From assembly GCA_041483895.1 (NCBI GenBank), contig JBGPGO010000001.1, positions 160,001-224,000 on the forward strand: 64,000 bases of DNA, given 5' to 3'. Positions 57,288-64,000 of the stretch are shown here, piece after piece (positions within the stretch are counted from its first letter, which is position 1; every line of letters starts with the position of its first letter). The notes beneath the pieces were generated by a model, which had not been told where the DNA came from, made no database searches, and was given only the letters and a program-made list of their open reading frames with translations. The DNA is from Fimbriimonadia bacterium (lineage in GTDB: Bacteria > Armatimonadota > Fimbriimonadia > Fimbriimonadales > JABRVX01). The position numbers and the translations under genes were made by a program.

Positions 57288-58463
57288 TTATTGTGGCAAG
57301 CAAATCGCTAAGAACGAGGTCCCTGTGGGTGAGGAGACTTGGAAGGCATCCGCGATCGTGGCCCCGATGTCCGCCATGGTTGTTCTGACGCCTAGATCTT
57401 TACCCGCCTTCAGCGATGGTGAATAGGCGAGGAGAGGGGTGTATTCTCGGCTGTGGTCGGTACTCGGCGTGGTCGGATCGTTGCCATGATCGGCGGTGAT
57501 GATCAGTAGATCGGCGGGGCGAAGATACCCCATGATTGTGCCCAGCATATCGTCGAACTGTCGCAGGCAATCGGCAAAGCCGAGCGGATCGTTCCTATGA
57601 CCATAAAGCATGTCGAAGTCCTCAAAGTTGGCGAAGATGAACTGCCAATCGCCGGCCATCGCCTTCTTGAGCTCTTTGAAATGCTCCTGATTGTCCTGCG
57701 TCCGCTTGCCGCCCGAAAACCCGCGCATCGAAAACACCTCGCATATCACGCCCACCGCATAGGAGCGGATGCCTTTTGCCGCCAGATTGTCGAGCACGTT
57801 GGGTGGCGCCGCCAGTGGGTAATCGCGCCGGTTCTCCGTTCGCTTGAAGGTGTCGGCTGATTCGCCGATAAAAGGGCGGGCGATGACACGGGCGACATTG
57901 TTTGGGGCCGTAAGCTGCTTTCGGGCAATCGCGCACACGTCGTAAAGTTGCTGTAGTCCGAAGTGCTCTTCATGGGCAGCGACTTGGAAGACACTGTCCG
58001 CGCTCGTATAGACGATGGGACATCCCGTCCGAAGATGCTCCTCACCCAGTTGCTTGATGATCTCCGTGCCGGATGCGGGGACATTTCCCAGCGCCTGGCA
58101 TCCGACAGCCGCCTCGAACGGTTCGATGACCTCTAGCGGAAAGCCGTGGGGATAGGTCGGGAATGCAACTTCGGTGTGGATCCCCATCATCTCCCAATGA
58201 CCTGTTACCGTGTCCTTGCCCATCGAGATTTCGCGGCAGCGGCCAAAGCAGCCGGCGGCTTCGACGGGGGGATGGCCCAGGTCCGCGATCTGCCCGAGGC
58301 CGATTTTTTCCAAGTTTGGAAGGATGAGACCGCCGGCGGACTTGGCCACATTAGTGATGGTGTTGCCGCTGTTCTCGCCTATGTCTCCAAACATGGCGGC
58401 ATCCGGGGCCAGTCCTGCCCCGCATCCGTCCATGACGATGAGGATTACCCGTTCGATATTCAC
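57288..58463 (-). CDS. deoB: Phosphopentomutase
   Basis: IVMDGCG, GKDTVTGHWE, YTSADSVFQ, YGHRND, ITADHGNDP...DHSRE. Confidence 0.96.
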   Translation of the reverse strand: MNIERVILIVMDGCGAGLAPDAAMFGDIGENSGNTITNVAKSAGGLILPNLEKIGLGQIADLGHPPVEAAGCFGRCREISMGKDTVTGHWEMMGIHTEVAFPTYPHGFPLEVIEPFEAAVGCQALGNVPASGTEIIKQLGEEHLRTGCPIVYTSADSVFQVAAHEEHFGLQQLYDVCAIARKQLTAPNNVARVIARPFIGESADTFKRTENRRDYPLAAPPNVLDNLAAKGIRSYAVGVICEVFSMRGFSGGKRTQDNQEHFKELKKAMAGDWQFIFANFEDFDMLYGHRNDPLGFADCLRQFDDMLGTIMGYLRPADLLIITADHGNDPTTPSTDHSREYTPLLAYSPSLKAGKDLGVRTTMADIGATIADAFQVSSPTGTSFLAICLPQ

Positions 58464-58508
58464 GGTTCTAGCATAGCATGATCGCCAAATAGGCTAGAAT
58501 CTCATCAA

Positions 58509-58697
58509 ATGAAGATACCCGTTGACTTGTCACCGGATCCGGTCATCGAAGCCTATAAGAAAGATGTTGATCGGACTTTGCTACGCGCAAATCTCAAATT
58601 GACTCCTGCAGAACGTTTTCGTAATATGATGAAGTTGCAAGCGTTTGCCGAAGAGCTCCGTCGAGCCGGCCGGGCAGTCAAGAGGAAGCATGACTGA
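58509..58697 (+). CDS. Small protein, putative partner of the downstream nucleotidyltransferase
   Basis: VDRTLLRANLKLTPAER. Overlaps the next start. Confidence 0.6.
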   Translation: MKIPVDLSPDPVIEAYKKDVDRTLLRANLKLTPAERFRNMMKLQAFAEELRRAGRAVKRKHD

Positions 58698-59169
58698 CTA
58701 CGAAGGATTGCTCGATCTCCTGAACCGACATGATGTCAAGTTCATACTCATTGGTGGCGCGGCGGGAATTGCGCATGGCTCACCGAGACTCACTCTCGAT
58801 GTGGATGTCGTTTATCATCGCACGAACGAGAACATCGTGAAAATCGTTGACGCCCTTGCGAACCACGCCCCGTATCTGCGCGGAGCGCCGCCTGGATTGC
58901 CGTTCCTGTTCGACGCCCAGACCATCAAGAACGGATTGAATTTCACCCTGGAGACGGACTTGGGATGGTTGGATCTGCTTGGCGAGGTTACGGGCGGCGG
59001 ATCCTACGAAGACCTCCTCTCACACACAATTGTCCTCCCGATCTTTAGCAGCAGTTGTCTGTGTCTAGATTTGCCGACTCTAATCGCAACAAAGCGGGCT
59101 GCGGGGCGACCGAAGGACCTGGACGCAATTGCCGAGTTGGAAGCCCTCCGCGAAGAGTCTGATTCTTAG
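58690..59169 (+). CDS. Nucleotidyltransferase-fold protein (TA-like)
   Basis: LIGGAA..AHG..R.T.DVD, LIATKRAAGRPKD. Confidence 0.8.
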   Translation: MTDYEGLLDLLNRHDVKFILIGGAAGIAHGSPRLTLDVDVVYHRTNENIVKIVDALANHAPYLRGAPPGLPFLFDAQTIKNGLNFTLETDLGWLDLLGEVTGGGSYEDLLSHTIVLPIFSSSCLCLDLPTLIATKRAAGRPKDLDAIAELEALREESDS

Positions 59170-59174
59170 CGCAG

Positions 59175-60623
59175 CTATTCGCCCTGCCCCATCGAATATC
59201 CCGGCTCGCCGTCATATTTGTACAGATTCTCCGTCTCGATGAAATCCACGCCGGCCTCGGCCATGCGGAATAACAGGTCGATAACGTCCCGGTGAGTAAT
59301 GGAAGACTTCGCGGCGGCTGCGAACCGGCAGCGCCAATGGTCCGTGCAGTAGGTTTCCGGCATGCCTTCCGGCCAGACCTTCACCCCGCGATTGCTGACC
59401 ATGGTGAGCTTCAGACTTTCGCCTTGCAACGCCGCCATTCGGCCGGCGAGGTCGTCCGGCGAGATGAAGCGCACGTGAACAAAGACATCCACCCCGACCA
59501 GCTCCTTATGCGCCGGCGGCCGCTCCACCCGTTGCATTTGAAACTTCCGCCGCTCCGTTCGGGCGTACCGGGCGGGGCGAAATCGCAGCGGTTCCTTCCC
59601 CAAACGCGCAACGACTGCCTTCGCGAACCCGTCCGTCCCAACGCGCTCAATGGTATGGGCGTCAGAGGCGACATCCGCCGTATGGATGCCGTCTTCGATC
59701 GTGGTCAGCCAGGCGTTGTGCACCGTCTCGGCCACCTCTGGCTGCCCGACGTGCACCAGCATCATGATCGCGCCATGCAGCAGGCCGGACGGGTTGGCAA
59801 CTCCCGCCCCCGCGATGTCCGGCGCGCTGCCGTGGATCGCCTCGAACATGGCGCACAGTTCGCCAATATTGGCCGAACCAGCCATGCCGACCGATCCCGC
59901 GATCTCCGCCGCCACGTCCGACAAGACGTCCCCGTAAAGGTTCGTGGTCACAATCACATCGAACTGTTCCGGCGCCGCAGCGAGGCGGGCCGTGCCGATG
60001 TCTATGATCTTGTGCTCCTGCATGATGTCGGGGTAGTCGGCGCCGATTTCGTCGAACACCTTGTGGAACAGCCCGTCCGTCATCTTCATGATGTTGTCCT
60101 TGGAGAAGCAGGACAGCTTCTTTCGCTCATGGGCGCGCGCGTACTCGAACGCATATCGGACGATCTTCTCGCAACCGGGGCGAGTGATGATTTTTAGCGC
60201 CTGGTACACCTCATCGGTCCCACGGTATTCGATACCGGCGTACAGGTCCTCTTCGTTCTCGCGGATGATCACCAGGTCCATCCCGGGATGCAGCGTGCGG
60301 ACATACGGGAAGTAAGCGATGCAGGGCCGGACATTGGCGAAAAGACCGAGGGTCTTGCGAATCGTGACGTTGAGGCTCTTGAAGCCGCCGCCCTGAGGCG
60401 TGGTGATGGGGGCTTTCAGGAACACTTTGGTGCGACGAAGCGATTCCCAGGCGGATGGCTCAATCCCGGCGCTGAAGCCGCGCTCGAACACTCGGCGGCC
60501 GATTTCGATTGTCTCCAGCTCGATGCCGGCCTCCGCCGCGTGCAGAATTTCCAGCGTCGCGGTCATGATTTCCGGCCCGATCCCGTCTCCGTAGGCCACC
60601 GTAATCGCCGTCTTATCGGTCAC
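59175..60623 (-). CDS. icd: NADP-dependent isocitrate dehydrogenase
   Basis: GDGIGPEI, KAPITTPQGGG, IRENEEDLY, KDNIMK, NLYGD, FEAIHGSAPDIAG, C-terminal TDHWRCRF extension. Confidence 0.95.
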   Translation of the reverse strand: MTDKTAITVAYGDGIGPEIMTATLEILHAAEAGIELETIEIGRRVFERGFSAGIEPSAWESLRRTKVFLKAPITTPQGGGFKSLNVTIRKTLGLFANVRPCIAYFPYVRTLHPGMDLVIIRENEEDLYAGIEYRGTDEVYQALKIITRPGCEKIVRYAFEYARAHERKKLSCFSKDNIMKMTDGLFHKVFDEIGADYPDIMQEHKIIDIGTARLAAAPEQFDVIVTTNLYGDVLSDVAAEIAGSVGMAGSANIGELCAMFEAIHGSAPDIAGAGVANPSGLLHGAIMMLVHVGQPEVAETVHNAWLTTIEDGIHTADVASDAHTIERVGTDGFAKAVVARLGKEPLRFRPARYARTERRKFQMQRVERPPAHKELVGVDVFVHVRFISPDDLAGRMAALQGESLKLTMVSNRGVKVWPEGMPETYCTDHWRCRFAAAAKSSITHRDVIDLLFRMAEAGVDFIETENLYKYDGEPGYSMGQGE

Positions 60624-60774
60624 TGCGTCCCCCTTTTGCGGTCGGATTCTATCCGACTCACTCCCTCCCTCGCTTGGATTCCGCGGGCCTTGGGTTGTCG
60701 GCATGAGGAGAGTTGCGGCCAAGCGGACCCTCGGCTACAGGGGTTGGGCGGCGCCTATCTTAAGGTAAGGCCCG

Positions 60775-60838
60775 ATGCGACCGGTCTCCCGACCGAGTCG
60801 CATCTTCCAAGGAGACGCAAGCTAAAGCTTGCAGCTAC
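60775..60838. repeat. Two REP-like hairpins in the icd-phhA intergenic region
   Basis: gatgcgac-cggtc/gaccg-a-gtcgcatc and gcaagct-aa-agcttgc-agctac (GTAG-headed on the minus strand). Confidence 0.5.
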
Positions 60839-60901
60839 CGGAGGGAGCCGGACCGTATCTTAAGGTAAGCTACTTTCAACGTCTTTCAATGGGGAGGGAC
60901 C

Positions 60902-61624
60902 ATGTATATCGTACAGGACTACAACGCCTACACGGACCAACATCACCGAACGTGGCGGAAGCTGTTCAAAAAGCGGATGGAAACGCTGCCCGACCAGGCC
61001 TGTTCCTTTTTCCTCAAGGGTCTTGCGATTATCAACATGGTGCCTGACCGCATGCCTCGGATTGAGGAGATCAATGCGAATTTGAAGCCGATGACCTGCT
61101 GGCAGGCCTGCCCCGTTGCCGGCTATATCGCTGCCAAGGACTTCTTCGGCTCGTTGGCCCAACGGAAGTTCCCGACCACGATCACCATCCGGCCCGAGGA
61201 CCAGCTCGACTACCTGCCGGAACCCGACATGTTCCACGACGCATTTGGCCACGTGCCACTGCATACCGATACCGTGTTTGCCGACTTTCTACAGAAATTC
61301 GGCGAGGTCGGGATGCGGGAGATGAGTGATGAAGAACGCCTTCGATTGTCCCGGCTGTTTTGGTTCACGGTGGAGTTTGGGCTGGTAGAGGAGGATGGCA
61401 AGGTCAAGCTGTACGGTTCGGGGCTCTGCTCCTCACCCGGTGAGGGTGAGTACTCCCTGACTGACGCCGTGGAAAAGCGGCCTTTCAATGCGGAACGTGC
61501 CATGGATACGGCGTTCGAAATCGATCACTATCAGCCAATCCTGTACGTGGCGGAGTCGTTTGAGCAGATTTTTGAGGCGATCGATCAGCAGGCTCGGCGC
61601 ACCGAACCGGCGGCAGCTAACTAG
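60902..61624 (+). CDS. phhA: Phenylalanine 4-monooxygenase
   Basis: YLPEPDMFHDAFGHVP, LFWFTVEFGL, YGSGLCSS.GE, YQPILY. Confidence 0.93.
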   Translation: MYIVQDYNAYTDQHHRTWRKLFKKRMETLPDQACSFFLKGLAIINMVPDRMPRIEEINANLKPMTCWQACPVAGYIAAKDFFGSLAQRKFPTTITIRPEDQLDYLPEPDMFHDAFGHVPLHTDTVFADFLQKFGEVGMREMSDEERLRLSRLFWFTVEFGLVEEDGKVKLYGSGLCSSPGEGEYSLTDAVEKRPFNAERAMDTAFEIDHYQPILYVAESFEQIFEAIDQQARRTEPAAAN

Positions 61625-61647
61625 CGATTCGACCCCGATTGTAACAA

Positions 61648-61679
61648 AGAAGGACCCTCCGAAGACGGTCCTTGCTTCG
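61648..61679. terminator. Hairpin between convergent genes, possible bidirectional terminator
   Basis: aaggacc...ggtcctt stem. Confidence 0.5.
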
Positions 61680-61691
61680 AATCCAATTGGA

Positions 61692-62234
61692 TTACTTACG
61701 ACGCCGTCGAAGCCCCAGCATGCCGGCAGCCGCGATGCCAATGCCGGCCATCGCGTTCGGTTCTGGGACAACTGTTGGATACCAACTGATTTCGAAATGC
61801 CCTTCCCCGTGCGGTCCGAGGTCCACAAGGAAGTTCAGATTTGCATAGAAGGTATCACCCGGAGCGATGGACAGTCCACCTGGATCAAAAAACATGATCG
61901 AGGCATTCGGTGTCCCGCTTCCGGCGATGAACTGATTCCAGGACATTCCGGGAACCTTGCCACCATCTTGGGCGCCGACAAATGTGACGTTGCCCAAGAA
62001 GTTGTGGATATCAAAATGGAAATCAATCCACGTGTCGTGCGTGTTGTTAATCTCCGTGAAATTGAGGTTGATCGCCGCTGCGGGCGGTCCGCCTCCCATG
62101 TCCCCAGAATAGTCCCAATCTAGATAAGTCATGCCGTCCACCCACGTGTCGGTGAAATTCCACACGTGCTGCGCATGGGCGGACATGATGCTCGAGGCAA
62201 CTATTGCGGCAAACGCAAATAGCCTCACTTTCAT
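61692..62234 (-). CDS. PEP-CTERM protein
   Basis: Signal peptide and VPEPNAMAGIGIAAAGMLGLRRRRK. Confidence 0.88.
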   Translation of the reverse strand: MKVRLFAFAAIVASSIMSAHAQHVWNFTDTWVDGMTYLDWDYSGDMGGGPPAAAINLNFTEINNTHDTWIDFHFDIHNFLGNVTFVGAQDGGKVPGMSWNQFIAGSGTPNASIMFFDPGGLSIAPGDTFYANLNFLVDLGPHGEGHFEISWYPTVVPEPNAMAGIGIAAAGMLGLRRRRK

Positions 62235-62400
62235 AGCCTAGGCTCCTTTCAATATCGGGAGTTTAGGCCACCCAAACTGGCATAAGCCAAAAACCATGTC
62301 TCTGTAGCTGCAGCCTACAGAACGAATTGCAATCCGAGTGTATGATATCGCAGGAATCCCCCGTTGTCAAGTAGATTCCCCAGCAATTGGACTATTTCTA

Positions 62401-63093
62401 ATGTTCAGCGACGCCATCAAGAAGCGAGTCCAGGCCGCGTTTGCCGACATTGAGCGCGCATGCGGGCAATCTGGGCGAGACGCGAGTGCGATCACGGTCG
62501 TGGCGGCCTCGGAATCCCGCTCGATTGAGGAGATCTTAGCGGCTCACCGGGCCGGCATAACCGATTTCGGGGCGAACTATTGGCAGGAGGCCCGCGACAA
62601 GGTCGATCGGGCGCCCGAAACCGTCACCTGGCACTTCATAGGCGCCTTGCAGGACAACAAGGCCAAGCACATCGCCCGCCATTTTCATGTCCTACAGTCC
62701 CTCGAAAGCATGAATCTTGCTAACACTCTTTCAAAATCGTTGATAGCTATTGACAGAACATGCAAAGTTTTGGTAGAAGTAAATATTGACAGCGAGCGTT
62801 CGAAGAGCGGTCTTGGGCCCGTTGCCGCATTGGATTTCGTGTTAGAAGCGGCAGAATTGCCGAATCTCGATGTTTGCGGCCTCATGACGATGGGTGAACC
62901 GGGCGCGAATGAGGCTATCTTATGGAAGAGATTTCGCCAAATGCGCGCTTTATTTGAGGGGCTGCCCGTCGAGCGCCGTAAAATCCTATCGATGGGGATG
63001 ACTGCCGATTTCGAGGTCGCGGTGGAAGAAGGCGCGACAATGGTCAGAATTGGGACCGCAATCTTCGGAGAGCGGCCCAGAAAAGAGGGCTGA
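62401..63093 (+). CDS. yggS: YggS/PLPBP family protein
   Basis: WHFIGALQDNK, VEVN...KSG, GLMTM, LSMGMTADF..AVEEGATMVRIGTAIFG. Upstream of sepF. Confidence 0.92.
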   Translation: MFSDAIKKRVQAAFADIERACGQSGRDASAITVVAASESRSIEEILAAHRAGITDFGANYWQEARDKVDRAPETVTWHFIGALQDNKAKHIARHFHVLQSLESMNLANTLSKSLIAIDRTCKVLVEVNIDSERSKSGLGPVAALDFVLEAAELPNLDVCGLMTMGEPGANEAILWKRFRQMRALFEGLPVERRKILSMGMTADFEVAVEEGATMVRIGTAIFGERPRKEG

Positions 63094-63097
63094 ACTC

Positions 63098-63526
63098 ATG
63101 GATGAGTTGATCGAGAAGGAAGACCGGGGCTTGCTCGGTCGCGTCGTGAAGCTGTTCCGTCGTGATGAGGAACAGGATGACTACGAAGAGGATCGATACG
63201 ATCTTCCGCCACTGGAAGGCAGACGGGGCTACTCAAAAATGCACCAAGTACATCCTTATAACGTATGTGTGCGAATGTATGTGAACTCATTCGAAGACGC
63301 GCGCCAGGCCGCGGACGGCCTGAAGTATGGTGAACAGCAGATTCTCAATCTCGTCGATACCGAGACGATCTTGCGGCAGAAGGTAGTCGACTTTCTTTCC
63401 GGCGTCGTCTATGCCCAAGAAGGCACCGTGGAGAAGCTGGCGGACAATGTGTTTCTGTTCGCGCCTCGCCAGGCGGTCGTGGACGTTTCACCGCCATCGC
63501 CTCGAATTGCCAGCATGAATAACTAA
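63098..63526 (+). CDS. sepF: Cell division protein SepF
   Basis: SFEDARQAADGLK..ILNL...VDFLSG..Y...G.VEK....FLFAP. Confidence 0.9.
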   Translation: MDELIEKEDRGLLGRVVKLFRRDEEQDDYEEDRYDLPPLEGRRGYSKMHQVHPYNVCVRMYVNSFEDARQAADGLKYGEQQILNLVDTETILRQKVVDFLSGVVYAQEGTVEKLADNVFLFAPRQAVVDVSPPSPRIASMNN

Positions 63527-63544
63527 GCTTGTTTACAAACTGGA

Positions 63545-63575
63545 AGACCTCTGCAACTCGCAGGGGTTTTTTCTT
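63545..63575 (+). terminator. Rho-independent terminator after sepF
   Basis: acctctgc-aactc-gcaggggt followed by a T tract. Confidence 0.75.
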
Positions 63576-63606
63576 GTTGGAAGGAGAAAAGACGTTGGAG
63601 GCATCG

Positions 63607-64000
63607 ATGGATATTCGGCCGTTGACTATTGGAATTCTCCTTCTCGGCATGAGCGGGCGCGCGATTTGCCAGGCGGCGTATTGGGACCCCGAGTCCCAGG
63701 CCATGAAGCAGACCGTCACGGTCCGGGTGCCAATGGCGAGGGATAATACACAGGCGATGCAGCTTCGGGATCAGCTCCTCAAGCCGCCGGCGGGAATCCG
63801 CGAGGTCCCCAACAACATTCCCAAGGAGCTGGTCCGGCACTTTATCCAGGACCCTTCCCTTGCGCAAGCGACGACGAAGGACGACCTCGTCCAGCAACTA
63901 TCCATGCCGGGATCGGCATTCCCCGGTCCGGGAATCAATGGCTGGACCCCTGGCGACCCGAATATCGCCGTCGGGCCGAATAACATCGTGGCGGTGATCA
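63607..64000 (+). CDS. Secreted protein, partial
   Basis: Manual translation MDIRPLTIGILLLGMSG... stays open to the window end and finishes in PGDPNIAVGPNNIVAVI. Confidence 0.7.
   Translation, partial: MDIRPLTIGILLLGMSGRAICQAAYWDPESQAMKQTVTVRVPMARDNTQAMQLRDQLLKPPAGIREVPNNIPKELVRHFIQDPSLAQATTKDDLVQQLSMPGSAFPGPGINGWTPGDPNIAVGPNNIVAVI

Overview
Bacterial chromosomal window. The host is probably Armatimonadota (Fimbriimonadia-like), inferred from PEP-CTERM proteins, an H-X9-DG/DUF1559 protein and dockerin-like C-terminal modules. Host genes lie at 1-12.3 kb (GH95, acr3, pirin, PIN toxin-antitoxin pair, GH4, WD40) and at 46.4-64 kb (tRNA-Ile/Ala, UDG, serS, ECF sigma module, deoB, icd, phhA, yggS, sepF). 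Between them is an approximately 34 kb defence island (about 12387-46384) integrated at the 3' end of tRNA-Ala(TGC). It carries: (i) a three-gene DISARM-related operon (SNF2 helicase, type IIG-like N6-adenine methyltransferase, 1800-aa DUF1998 helicase with a C-terminal nuclease-like domain); (ii) an ECF sigma/anti-sigma/1.9k-aa surface protein module; (iii) a truncated tyrosine recombinase with a dif-like palindrome; (iv) a complete type II CBASS whose effector is an unusual SIR2-SAVED fusion, bracketed by IS21-like end repeats; (v) two tandem large serine recombinases. One recombinase carries two LuxR-type HTHs. The other has its C-terminus split across the att sites. All family calls come from motif recognition by eye; no searches were run.
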